Source: Halalkalibacterium halodurans (GTDB taxonomy: Bacteria > Bacillota > Bacilli > Bacillales > Bacillaceae_D). From it: a stretch of 18,225 nucleotides of DNA. Numbering within the stretch: the first letter of the stretch is position 1; the number at the start of each line of letters is the position of its first letter. Below the pieces are notes generated by a model. That model was given only the letters and a program-made list of their open reading frames with translations, was not told the origin of the DNA and did not search any database. Shown one piece after another: positions 7,068 through 16,445 of this stretch. The DNA lies in contig NZ_SNUY01000030.1 of the NCBI RefSeq assembly GCF_004376175.1, positions 1 through 18,225 of the forward strand, in the 5' to 3' direction. The translations under genes and the position numbers were made by a program.

Positions 7068-8159
7068 TTACATAACCGTTTCTCGCTTCTTCTTTTTTCT
7101 CATCAACATTCTCTTTTCATTTCGGACTTGAATCAACTCTGCTAAAATACTGATGCTGATTTCTTCTGCTCCTTCAGCATGAATCGAAATACCAACTGGT
7201 GAGTGGACCCATTCTGGTAATGGGAGAGGCGCTACAAGTTTTTCTGTTCTTTTTTTCGGACCAAGTATACCAACGTATTTAGGTCGGTTTTCTTGCTCTA
7301 AGAAATACGTTAATATTTGTTGGTCTTGTTGGAACTGATGAGTCATAATTAACACGTAACTATTCTTTTTAAGACAGTTTTTTGCGAGGAATTTTTCAGG
7401 ATGTTCAATGATGAACGAGCTAGCACTTGGAAAATATGCTCTCTGACAGCGACTTTCCCTTGGATCAATGACAACTGGCAAAAAATCAAATTCAGCTGCT
7501 CGCTTTACAATTGGTTCGGCATCAGTACCCGCACCGAAGATATAGAGAGTATCTTGTGGCTCATGTAATTCAAACATGAAAGTCGTATTCAATTCGATAA
7601 AATGATGATATTCGAAGGTCCGCTCTGTTTTAAACATTTGGTTTACTGTAGGCATGACAACCTTTTTTAAATAAGGAAGCCATGTCCCTATCACTTCTCC
7701 ATCTTCTGCTATAAATAAACGCACACCATCTTTCTGTCTACTCAAATCACTAATGGAAACGAGGCGTTCTCCTCTCTCTAATCTTTCTAAAACTTGAGAC
7801 AAAAAATGATCCGTATCATTCCATTTAATAGGCTCAAGCAAAACGGTGATTTCCCCATTACAGCCCGCACCTTTTCCCCAGCCTAAGTCATCTTCTGTTC
7901 GTAAATCATACGTAACCGTTTGATGCTTCTGTAACGTCATCGCTTCTTGGGCATAACTAAACAAATCTTCCTCAAGACATCCTCCACTGATCATTCCGTA
8001 TTGCTCACCATTTTCAGAAAAGAGCATTTTGGCGCCTTCATGACGGTAAGCAGATCCCTTCACTTGAATCACCGTCGCTAAAGCAAATGATTGATCTGGT
8101 TTCAATTTCATAATGTTCAGATATTTATAAAGCTCTTTCATTGTTCTCCCCCACTCCAT
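7068..8159 (-). CDS. pucA: XdhC/CoxI-family xanthine dehydrogenase accessory (maturation) protein
   Basis: 363 aa. The N-terminal domain reads ALATVIQVKGSAYRHEGAKMLF...GGCLE and the C-terminal domain is Rossmann-like (LYIFGAGTDAEP). ATG at 8159 abuts the pucE stop. ATG at 8141 is an alternative start. Confidence 0.8.
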   Translation of the reverse strand: MEWGRTMKELYKYLNIMKLKPDQSFALATVIQVKGSAYRHEGAKMLFSENGEQYGMISGGCLEEDLFSYAQEAMTLQKHQTVTYDLRTEDDLGWGKGAGCNGEITVLLEPIKWNDTDHFLSQVLERLERGERLVSISDLSRQKDGVRLFIAEDGEVIGTWLPYLKKVVMPTVNQMFKTERTFEYHHFIELNTTFMFELHEPQDTLYIFGAGTDAEPIVKRAAEFDFLPVVIDPRESRCQRAYFPSASSFIIEHPEKFLAKNCLKKNSYVLIMTHQFQQDQQILTYFLEQENRPKYVGILGPKKRTEKLVAPLPLPEWVHSPVGISIHAEGAEEISISILAELIQVRNEKRMLMRKKKKRETVM

Positions 8160-8654
8160 TTAAACGGGTTCTGTTCTACTTAATCGCTCTAATACCCTGT
8201 AGATTCCACCATAACCAGTACAACGGCATAAGTTTCCTGCTAATCCTTCTTTCAATTGCTCAACCGTAGGGTGTGGATGTTCTTTTAATAAAGCCTTTAT
8301 CGAGATAACCATGCCTGGTGTGCAATATCCGCATTGAAATCCACCTTCTTCTAAAAAGGCTTGCAAAATAGGATCCACCTCGTCCGCGTTTACTCCCTCA
8401 ATCGTCACCACCTTTTTTCCTTCACATTGATAAGCCATTGTTAAGCATGAATTGTATGTTTTGCCATCAATTAAAACCATACACGCCCCGCACCGACCAA
8501 TCTCACATGACATCTTCGTTCCTGTTAGATCTAAATCATATCGGAGAATATCAATTAGACGTCTTGCAGGATCCACTGAAAGATGCATTGTCTTTCCGTT
8601 CATTTCAAACGTTATCGTCTTTTCACTTACTGACGGATTGACTTTTTGGCTCAT
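8160..8654 (-). CDS. pucE: Xanthine dehydrogenase 2Fe-2S (small) subunit
   Basis: 164 aa with cysteine clusters CEIGRCGAC, CGYCTPG and CRCTGY. ATG lies 7 nt after GAGGGGGAG and overlaps the pucD 3' end by 32 nt. Confidence 0.9.
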   Translation of the reverse strand: MSQKVNPSVSEKTITFEMNGKTMHLSVDPARRLIDILRYDLDLTGTKMSCEIGRCGACMVLIDGKTYNSCLTMAYQCEGKKVVTIEGVNADEVDPILQAFLEEGGFQCGYCTPGMVISIKALLKEHPHPTVEQLKEGLAGNLCRCTGYGGIYRVLERLSRTEPV

Positions 8655-10910
8655 ACGTCTTCTCCCCCTCTATTTCTTCAAGAAAAAGTGAGTCCTGAAG
8701 TAATTCTTCTGGCTTGATTGGTAATGACTTCACCCATTTGCCTGTTGCCTGCCTAACAGCAGAGACAATAGCTGGGCCGAGCGCAACTGAACCTACTTCA
8801 CCCACTCCACGCGGACCAAATGAATCACCGTCGGGCAGCTCCTCAATTGCTTCAACATGTTGCACTGGCACATCCAAAATGGTGGGAATCATATACGTAT
8901 CCAAATTTTTTGTGACATATCGTCCCCCATCCATAACGGCATCTTCAGTTAACGTAAAACCTAAAGCCATCACACTCCCGCCTTCGATTTGACCAACATA
9001 CCCCATCGGGTTGATGACTGGGCCAGCTGCAACAACATGATCAATGCCAATAATGGTAACCATTCCTGTTAGCATATTCACTTCAACCTCTACAATAACC
9101 GCCGTACTTGTATAAAGATAATGCGCCCCGATAATTGGATCAGGTGTAATGGGATAATGAAACTCAGTTGTAAACTCCAGATCTTCAACACCACTATCAG
9201 CTATCTGTTTATACGTAAGTACTCGCTGTCTATAGCCTTTTTTATCCATCCAAATCCCACTTGGTCCTGTTTGTAATTGCTCCTTTGGTATCCCAGTAAG
9301 TAACGATGCTCTTTCAAATAGAGCTTCTAAAAATGGGGCTTTCAAACGATTAAGAGATTGCCAAACCATATTGGTCGTCCGTGATGCAGTAGATGACCCA
9401 CTTGATGGCACAAGCTCGGTATCGCCAATAATGATATTTAAGTCGTCTCTTTCACATTGAAAATGATCTTGCATTAATATTTCTAAGGTTGAAAGTAAAC
9501 CCTGGCCAAACTCCTCATGACCGAATGCAACTTCAATTTTCCCTTCCTTACTAAGGCGCATTGTTCCGCCTGCATGATCAGGAATTCCGTATCCTAAGCC
9601 AGAACCATGCATCGCCATCGCCAAACCGATTCCGCGTCTCAGCCACAGACTACTATGTTTTGTTGATTCTATTCTTTTTTGCCAAATAGGTGATCGCTGC
9701 AAGGCCTCCCACACTTGCTTTGGCCCATCTGTTGGAACGATACGCTGTCCCATCGGGCCAAGATCGTTGAGTTGACGTAGATTTCTTCTTCGCAGCTCCC
9801 ATGGTTCAATCTGTAATTGTTCAGCTAAGCGATCCATCTGACCCTCTAAAGCAAAAATAACTTGATTCCCTCCAAAGCCGCGAAACTCACCTGACACTCC
9901 GTTATTTGTATAGACAGCTTTCCCTTTCACATCAACATGTGGAATCAGATACGGCCCCATCGCATGCTCAGTTGCAAAATTTAAAACGGGTCCCCCAAGT
10001 GTCGAATAGGCACCTGTATCAGAAAGAATACGAACTTGATGAGCAAGTAGCTTACCGTCAGAATCAATCCCTGTCTTCATTGTCACTTTCATTGGGTGAC
10101 GCTTTAATCCCGCTTTCACAGATTCCCATCTTGAATAATGCATCTTGACTGGCCTTTGGCAATGTAGAGCGAGCAATGCCCCGTAAGGCTGTACATTTAA
10201 TTCATCCTTTCCTCCAAACGATCCACCGATTGGGCAGGTATGGCAAGGATTCGCGCTAATTGCATCCGATCCTTATAACCATGCTGTGTCGGAGCATAGA
10301 CAATTAGCTTTCCATTTGCTTTAGGAACAAAAAGCCCACCCTCGGTTTCCAAATACGTATGCATTTGCCTAGGTGTCTCATACGTTTCTTCCACAATGTA
10401 AGTACAATTTTGAAAAGCCCTTTCTACATCCCCCCGTGAATAATCGGTCTCATGGAGAATGTTCCCTTCTGGATGAATGAGAGGTGCTCCTTCATCCAAG
10501 GCAGCTTCAGGAGAACTCAGTACCTCTAACTCCTCATATTCCACTTGAATTAGCTGCAATGCTTCTTCTGCAGCCTCCTTTGTCTCTGCAGCTACAGCAG
10601 CAACTGCATCACCTTCAAAGCGGACAAGCTCATCACAAAAGACTGGTTGATCTGGCTGACTAATCCCAAATCCGTTCAAACCAGGGATATCACGATGAGT
10701 GAGGACAGCTTTTACACCTGGATGCCTCAATGCCACTGAAATATCAATAGAATGAATGCGTGCGTGAGGGTACGAACTTCGAAGTACTCTGCCGTAAAGC
10801 ATATTTGCACCTTTCATATCCGTTAAATAGCGGAGCCTACCCGTTACCTTCTCCTTGCCATCTGGCCTCACCTTCCATTTACTAGACGCACGACTTAAAA
10901 GCATCATCAT
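8623..10910 (-). pseudogene. pucD: Xanthine dehydrogenase molybdopterin-binding (large) subunit, split by a frame break near 10224-10227
   Basis: Two adjacent ORFs in different frames together make one subunit of about 750 aa. ORF 10197..10940 is the N-terminal Ald_Xan_dh_C-type part (KVRPDGKEKVTGRLRYLTD...), with a likely start at the ATG triplet 10902-10910 after AAAGGTGG. ORF 8623..10176 is the C-terminal part. GGSFGGKDELNVQPYGALLAL is readable at 10207-10227 and onward only in the downstream frame. Confidence 0.75.
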
Positions 10911-11796
10911 CACCACCTTTGCTAAGACGATATAATTCACTCGTTATGAGATTGGCAACAACTGATTTTTTATAATTAGCAGTGGCAAACGCATCTGTTT
11001 GTGCTTCATGCTCCTCTACTATCAGCTTATGAACCTTTTTAAGTCGATCAATTGAAAATGGCTGATGTTCTAGCTCCCATTCTGCTTTCGATAGTCTCTT
11101 TGCCGAAATGGCACCACCCCCAGCCGCTATCGCAACGTTACGAAAGACACCCGTTTGATCAATAAATCCTTTACTCGCCAGATTCACAACAGATGGTGTA
11201 AATGCTTCCCTTCTCCCTACTTTCATATAAAAAGAGAAACCTTCATGTAGCTGTTGTTCATCAATTTCGATTCTTAATCCAACTAGTATACGTTTATCCC
11301 TTTTGAACTCATTTGCTTGAAGCTTAAATAACCAACCTTCCAACGATTCCACCTCTATTTCCGTACCGTTATACCATTGCAGCTGTGTATCAAAAATCAG
11401 GAAAGCTGGAATCGAGTCGCCAATAGCCGTATAAATATTGCCACCTATTGTAGCTTGATTACGGATTGACATGGCAGCAATATGACGACAAGCCTTCACA
11501 ATGGTTGGTAGATATTTGTTTAGAAGTGGACTCTTTATACATTCTGCGAGCGTTGTCGCTGCGCCAATTGTAATGACTCTCTGTCCAGAGATAATTTGTT
11601 CTTCAATTTGACTCATCGCTAAAATCTGTTCAAGACTAATCAGATGAGGAGGCATCTTACGAAGATTTGCCTCCCACTGCGTCCTGAGCCAAGTCCCACC
11701 TGAAACGTAACAATAACTGTTCGGTTCAAGATGATCATGAATATTCCACGCTTCTTCTAGAGTTTTCGGTTTCCAAACGATTTGCTTCGTTAGCAC
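10882..11796 (-). CDS. pucC: Xanthine dehydrogenase FAD-binding (medium) subunit
   Basis: 304 aa with the layout of the FAD_binding_5/CO-dehydrogenase flavoprotein family (YVSGGTWL...ATIGGNI...). The GTG start lies 9 nt after GGAAAGGAG. The 3' end overlaps the pucD start. Confidence 0.8.
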   Translation of the reverse strand: MLTKQIVWKPKTLEEAWNIHDHLEPNSYCYVSGGTWLRTQWEANLRKMPPHLISLEQILAMSQIEEQIISGQRVITIGAATTLAECIKSPLLNKYLPTIVKACRHIAAMSIRNQATIGGNIYTAIGDSIPAFLIFDTQLQWYNGTEIEVESLEGWLFKLQANEFKRDKRILVGLRIEIDEQQLHEGFSFYMKVGRREAFTPSVVNLASKGFIDQTGVFRNVAIAAGGGAISAKRLSKAEWELEHQPFSIDRLKKVHKLIVEEHEAQTDAFATANYKKSVVANLITSELYRLSKGGDDDAFKSCV

Positions 11797-11898
11797 TCTT
11801 CAGCACTCCTTTCCTCTAAAATCCTCTCCTATGTTTTGATCATAAAGAATGAGAATGCCAGAAACACTGTTTATAATAAACAAAGTTAGATTGCAATA

Positions 11899-13296
11899 TT
11901 AGCTAAATCCACTAAAAGCCGAAACGTCCATTGGCTCTTTGGTTCTCTCGATAAATTGATCATTTTCATAAATCACATCACCACTTACAACCGTAGCCAT
12001 GATCTTACTCGTCGCTTCCAGCTTTTCATAAGGAGAATAAGGATGACGAGTATACGTGTTAGATTTATTCACTGACCATTGCCTATTCATCTTTACAATG
12101 GTCAAATCCGCATCATATCCAGCTTGTATGTCTCCCTTTTTTTCAGAAAGACCAAAGCGTTTTGCTACATTTGAAGTTAAAAGCGGAATCAACTTTTCTA
12201 TGGAAAAACCACGCTTCATTGCTTCTTGCAGAAAGAATTGAAAGCCGAATTGGATCCCTTGAATCCCGCCCCAAGCCTTCCAAATATTTTGATCACCTTC
12301 TGATTTCATTTGAATCGGACACGGAGAATGATCAGTGCCAATGATATCAACCCATCCTCGTTCCACGCACTTCCACAACTCTTCAACCATGTCACGACTT
12401 CGGAGAGGTGGGGCGCATTTTAACAGTGGACCAACATTCAAGAAATCTTGTTCATCAAAAAGTAAATAATGAGGACAAACCTCAACTGAAACATCGAACC
12501 CGTTTTCTTTGTATTGATTGATTAATTCAATCGCGAGTGGTGAACTAACATGAACAAAATGAACTGACACCTTCGTTTGTTCGACTTTCTTCAATGCATC
12601 TGTAATCGCGGCAAGCTCGGCACTCGGTGGGCGACTATTTAAGAACGCTTGACGATCCGTTCGCTTATCCAATAGTAATTGGGCAGTGTAGTGTTCAATA
12701 AGATCCTGGTCCTCTGCATGCAAAGCCAAAATAGCATCTAATTTTTTCGCCTTGATCATCGCCTCTTTTAACTGATCCTTTGAAATCTTCTCAAAATCTC
12801 CTATTCCACTATCAGATAAAAAGGCTTTGAAACCAATAACGCCTGCTTCTTTCATGCCTTTGAGTTCTTCTTCATCTCCAACGTTTGCCGCTGTTATTCC
12901 ACCCCATAACCCGTAGTGAATCCACGAACGCGAGCTGACATGCTTCTTTTTCATTTCTAAAATATGAGTATTTGTAACAGAGGGACTGCTATTTAGCGGC
13001 ATATCAAAAACCGTCGTTGTACCTCCAGCTGCCGCAGCTCGACTGCCAGAATAAAACCCTTCCCATTCTTCTCTCCCTGGATCATTAAAATGAACATGAG
13101 AATCGATAAAACCAGGAAGAACATAGCTGTCAGATGCATCAACCACTTTTAAAAAGTTGCTCTCATCTACCTCTGTTTTTGAAAGAATGATTTGCTCAAC
13201 CAGGCCTTTGTGGACAATAACGTGTGCCCGCTTAAAAGTACCGTCTGTATAAACTGTTCCATTCTTTATCATCAATTGTTTCACAGACATCTCCAC
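11899..13296 (-). CDS. pucH: Allantoinase
   Basis: 465 aa cyclic amidohydrolase. Motifs are LPGFIDSHVHFNDPGREEWEGF, FKAFLS and GTDHSP, in the allantoinase/dihydroorotase fold. The start is GTG at 13296 or ATG at 13290. Confidence 0.85.
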   Translation of the reverse strand: MEMSVKQLMIKNGTVYTDGTFKRAHVIVHKGLVEQIILSKTEVDESNFLKVVDASDSYVLPGFIDSHVHFNDPGREEWEGFYSGSRAAAAGGTTTVFDMPLNSSPSVTNTHILEMKKKHVSSRSWIHYGLWGGITAANVGDEEELKGMKEAGVIGFKAFLSDSGIGDFEKISKDQLKEAMIKAKKLDAILALHAEDQDLIEHYTAQLLLDKRTDRQAFLNSRPPSAELAAITDALKKVEQTKVSVHFVHVSSPLAIELINQYKENGFDVSVEVCPHYLLFDEQDFLNVGPLLKCAPPLRSRDMVEELWKCVERGWVDIIGTDHSPCPIQMKSEGDQNIWKAWGGIQGIQFGFQFFLQEAMKRGFSIEKLIPLLTSNVAKRFGLSEKKGDIQAGYDADLTIVKMNRQWSVNKSNTYTRHPYSPYEKLEATSKIMATVVSGDVIYENDQFIERTKEPMDVSAFSGFS

Positions 13297-13468
13297 CCAT
13301 ATGATCTATTTTTATCTATTTTGGCTGATCCAACTAAATAATTGATAAATTTTGTAAGAAAATATCCCATAGAAGTTTTCGCGCCGCCATTTTTTTTGTA
13401 CATTATTAACAACAAAGAGAAAGATCCTGCTAACCATGTATTTTTCTACATAAAGGAGTGAATCAAAA
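13297..13468. promoter_or_regulatory. Divergent control region between pucH and pucR
   Basis: 172-bp AT-rich gap between divergent starts. It contains the tandem repeat ATCTATTTT(T) at 13304-13322, a TGGTTA core at 13430-13435 (minus strand), and the short inverted repeat ATGTA-N6-TACAT. No clean sigma-A -35/-10 pair could be fixed by eye. Confidence 0.4.
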
Positions 13469-15124
13469 ATGAAACTGATAGATGTATTGAACCTTTCCAC
13501 ATTCAAGGACGCAACAGTCGTGGCTGGACAACTCGGTTTAACGAACCCAGTCCAATCCGTTAATTTGATGGATGCTCCTGACATTATTCATTATTTAAAT
13601 CCCGAACAACTGCTTTTGACAACAGCCTACTCTCTTCATCATGACCGACAAGCATTGATCGAATTAGTACAGCAAATGGCTAAACAAGGCTGCGCTGGGT
13701 TAGGATTAAAAACAAAGAGATACATCGAGGAAATTCCGGAAGAAATCATTACCGAAGCGAACAAATTAAACTTTCCCATTATTGAGTTGCCCCTTCACTA
13801 TTCGTTAGGAGAAATGCTTAATGAATCATTAGGCTGTATTCTTAAGGAACGGACTGAGGAATTGAATTATGCCTTAAACACCCATAAAGAATTTTCAAAT
13901 ATTGTGATGTCTGGCGGAGGAATTTCCAGTGTCATCGCAAGTCTTTCATCGCTATTAGATGCACCAGTCGTTTTATTAAACTACCGTCTTGATATTTTGA
14001 GCTCTTCTCATAGAATTGATCAAGATTCATTTTTTGAAGTGTATTGGCACATTCATGACTTGATTCATCGCCAAGAAATTGATCAATATTTAGCGTTAAC
14101 GCTACCTAATGAAGAGAACTCTTCCCCTTATAAAGAGTTTTCCCTTTATCCAATTAACACAGTCAATCAACAAAAAGGATATGTCGTCATACTAGGGAAA
14201 ACCAAATCACATAATAACTTTTCCTTACTTGCAATTGAGCAAGCCTCTAATGTGATTTCATTTGAATTTATGAAGCTACATGCTCTTGAACAGCATTCAA
14301 GACGTTTGAAAAATGAATTTTTCACAGATTTAATCGATGGTACGATTGCTACAGAAGAAGAAATTCAAAGTCGAGGAAAAACATATGGATTAGACAAGTC
14401 TCTTCAATACGTTTGCATTACGTTTAAAATCGATGGTGGTTCTGACTATTCTTTAGAAAATTATCCATTGCAAGCTGAAAAAGAAATGAATAACAAAAGA
14501 GACGTGATCTATGAATTAGTTGAAGTCTTAATTGGGAAGCAGTTCAACAGTAGTATTGTATTTTCAAAGGGCGATCTTTTTGGCATTTTAATCGGGTTTG
14601 ATTTCTACAATGAATCCGTAGAGAAGAACCTGCTGGATGTGATTCGCCAAACACAAGATGAAGTGTATCACACGTTAGATATCGGCTTATCATTTGGGAT
14701 AAGCAATATAGCTGAAAAATTAAACGACATAGGAATAGCTTTTCAAGAAGCCGTTGATTCTCTCAGAATGGGCTATCGAGAGAATAAAAATAAATTCATT
14801 AAAACATATCGCACAAAAGAGCTGACCGAACTGTTGAAAACAATTCCATCTCAAAAGTTAAAAGAATTCTATCAATCCTCTCTGAAAGAATTGGCCTATC
14901 CGAAAGACAAAGAAAAGAAGGATTTAGTTCAGACGCTATCCTATTTTTTGAACAATAATTGCCAAATTTCCGAAACAGCAAAAAGTATGTTTGTTCACCG
15001 TAATACAGTCATTTATCGAATCAAAAAATGCGAGGAACTACTCGGAAGAGATATTAAGAGCTCTGATGAAACGATGCGGTTAAGAATGGCTTTTTTTATT
15101 CAATCGTTTCTTTTACAGAAGTAA
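13469..15124 (+). CDS. pucR: PucR-family purine catabolism transcriptional regulator
   Basis: 551 aa. The N-terminal purine catabolism PurC-like domain reads VAGQLGLTNPVQSVNLMDAPD. The C-terminal PucR helix-turn-helix reads ETAKSMFVHRNTVIYRIKKCEELLG. AAAGGAG lies upstream of the ATG. Confidence 0.9.
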   Translation: MKLIDVLNLSTFKDATVVAGQLGLTNPVQSVNLMDAPDIIHYLNPEQLLLTTAYSLHHDRQALIELVQQMAKQGCAGLGLKTKRYIEEIPEEIITEANKLNFPIIELPLHYSLGEMLNESLGCILKERTEELNYALNTHKEFSNIVMSGGGISSVIASLSSLLDAPVVLLNYRLDILSSSHRIDQDSFFEVYWHIHDLIHRQEIDQYLALTLPNEENSSPYKEFSLYPINTVNQQKGYVVILGKTKSHNNFSLLAIEQASNVISFEFMKLHALEQHSRRLKNEFFTDLIDGTIATEEEIQSRGKTYGLDKSLQYVCITFKIDGGSDYSLENYPLQAEKEMNNKRDVIYELVEVLIGKQFNSSIVFSKGDLFGILIGFDFYNESVEKNLLDVIRQTQDEVYHTLDIGLSFGISNIAEKLNDIGIAFQEAVDSLRMGYRENKNKFIKTYRTKELTELLKTIPSQKLKEFYQSSLKELAYPKDKEKKDLVQTLSYFLNNNCQISETAKSMFVHRNTVIYRIKKCEELLGRDIKSSDETMRLRMAFFIQSFLLQK

Positions 15125-15140
15125 GCTCATTTACCAATCA

Positions 15141-15172
15141 AAACCACCAGTGTGAACTGGTGGTTTGTTCTG
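15141..15172 (+). terminator. Intrinsic terminator of pucR
   Basis: Perfect 10-bp stem AAACCACCAG / CTGGTGGTTT (15141-15150 / 15157-15166) with a 6-nt loop, followed by a GTTCTG tail. It begins 17 nt after the pucR stop. Confidence 0.7.
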
Positions 15173-15870
15173 CGGCTGAAAGCCTCTCTTACCGGCCTTG
15201 GCCTTAAAGGCCCACTGAAAGGGTTTCCCGTCTGCACCACATTCACTCACTAATTCTAAAGAATTTCCTTATTTCTTCTTATTTTTCTCACCAGTAAAAG
15301 GGTCATGTTCTTCGAATAATGTTAACTGATCACCCATGTAGTCTTCTCTCAGCTGATTCTTAATATATTCTTGTATTTGTTTCTTATTTCTGCCTACTGT
15401 ATCGACATAGAATCCCCGGCACCAGAACTTCCGGTTCCCATATCGATACTTCAAATTGGCATGTCGATCAAATATCATGAGACTACTTTTCCCTTTTAAG
15501 TAACCCATGAATTGAGATACACTTAACTTTGGTGGAATACTGACTAACATATGAATGTGATCCGGACAAGCATTGGCTTCATGGATAACGACTCCTTTCC
15601 GTTCACATAAATCTCTTATAATTTGTCCAATGCTTTTTTTGTATTTTCCATATATGATTTGTCTTCTGTACTTTGGCGCAAATACTATGTGATACTTACA
15701 ATTCCATGTTGTGTGTGCTAAACTATTCATGTCCTTCACAGGGCATACCTCCTTCGATGATGAGATGAAGTGGTCGGGAAACCAACTTTATCCTATCATG
15801 AAGTGAGGTTTTTTTAATACCACGCTAGAAGCTCTTTTGAACCCCCGGCATAGCCAGGGGTTTTCTAAAC
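15170..15870 (-). mobile_element. IS200-type insertion sequence (IS200/IS605 family, tnpA only); boundaries approximate
   Basis: A single Y1-transposase gene is flanked by GC-rich subterminal hairpins. The left-end imperfect hairpin is at 15840-15862. Several small GC hairpins lie at 15172-15232 on the other side. A helix can occlude the tnpA ribosome-binding site. No inverted repeats are expected for this family. Confidence 0.55.
15269..15739 (-). CDS. tnpA: IS200/IS605-family Y1 (HUH) transposase TnpA
   Basis: 156 aa. Contains NCKYHIVFAPKYRR, the HUH motif PDHIHMLVSIPP, and the tyrosine region FWCRGFYVDTVG. The GTG start lies 7 nt after GAAGGAGGT. Confidence 0.9.
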   Translation of the reverse strand: MKDMNSLAHTTWNCKYHIVFAPKYRRQIIYGKYKKSIGQIIRDLCERKGVVIHEANACPDHIHMLVSIPPKLSVSQFMGYLKGKSSLMIFDRHANLKYRYGNRKFWCRGFYVDTVGRNKKQIQEYIKNQLREDYMGDQLTLFEEHDPFTGEKNKKK

Positions 15871-15872
15871 CA

Positions 15873-15918
15873 CTAAAAAAAATTAGCCGCTTCTTCATGA
15901 TGATTGAAACGGCTAATT
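15873..15918 (-). terminator. Terminator-like hairpin with T8 tail (minus strand)
   Basis: 9-bp stem AATTAGCCG / CGGCTAATT (15881-15889 / 15910-15918) with a long 20-nt loop. On the minus strand it is followed by TTTTTTTT (15873-15880). Confidence 0.4.
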
Positions 15919-16159
15919 TGAATGTTTAATGATACAACAGGTTTAAATAATTGGTTCATGATAACTTCCTCCATTTTCATCTACGTATAAGTGGCTACTT
16001 CATTCCCTCCTCCAAAAGAACCGTCTTTGTTCATTTATTTTAAACAGTATTAGTCATTTTGTGCGATGGTTTGGAAGGTTAACTTACAATAGAAATGTCG
16101 AATTATGCTAGAACCCTTTAATCTCTATGTTGAGAGGTTAGCTCGTATATAAGCCCACA

Positions 16160-16200
16160 AATAAAAATAAGGCTAACCAGACATTAATCTGGCTAACCTT
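16160..16200 (-). terminator. Intrinsic terminator of the acetamidase-like gene
   Basis: The minus-strand RNA forms a 13-bp stem (16169-16181 / 16188-16200) with two G-U pairs and a 6-nt loop, followed by AUUUUUAUUU. It lies 18 nt after the stop at 16218. Confidence 0.7.
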
Positions 16201-16217
16201 ATTAATCAAATTTTTAC

Positions 16218-16445
16218 CTATTTCGTTTCAAAAATCGCCAGCGGCAATACTGCACTAACAACATAATGACCTGCATCAACGATTTCAGATATTTTCAAGT
16301 CAACACATTGACTTGAAAGCAGGTATGCATCGATTTTTGTCATATCGTACGTTGTCGCAATATGGTCTACCATCGCACGAAGAGCATCTTGTGAAGCCGT
16401 CATTAAATGAAAGTGACAAACCTTTCTTCTGAACATAAAAGTCAA
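16218..16445 (-). pseudogene. 3' remnant of an acetamidase/formamidase (FmdA/AmiF-family) gene
   Basis: Only about 60 C-terminal residues look genuine (QDALRAMVDHIATTYDMTKIDAYLLSSQCVDLKISEIVDAGHYVVSAVLPLAIF), matching the family's C-terminal helix region. An in-frame stop lies upstream and no family-like sequence appears in any frame beyond 16445. Full-length proteins of this family, as I recall them, are roughly 300-400 aa. Confidence 0.6.

Noticed and set aside
11868-11882. 7+1+7 palindrome TGTTTAT-A-ATAAACA between pucH and pucC
   Set aside because: About one such palindrome is expected by chance in the window, and more in AT-rich DNA. Its spacing does not fit the TnrA/GlnR site (TGTNA-N7-TNACA) or a CodY box. 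It may simply contain a -10-like TATAAT.
13312-13584. 90-aa minus-strand ORF spanning the pucH/pucR intergenic region and the pucR 5' end
   Set aside because: It overlaps the well-supported pucR start on the opposite strand and covers the divergent promoter region. No ribosome-binding site or family resemblance is present.
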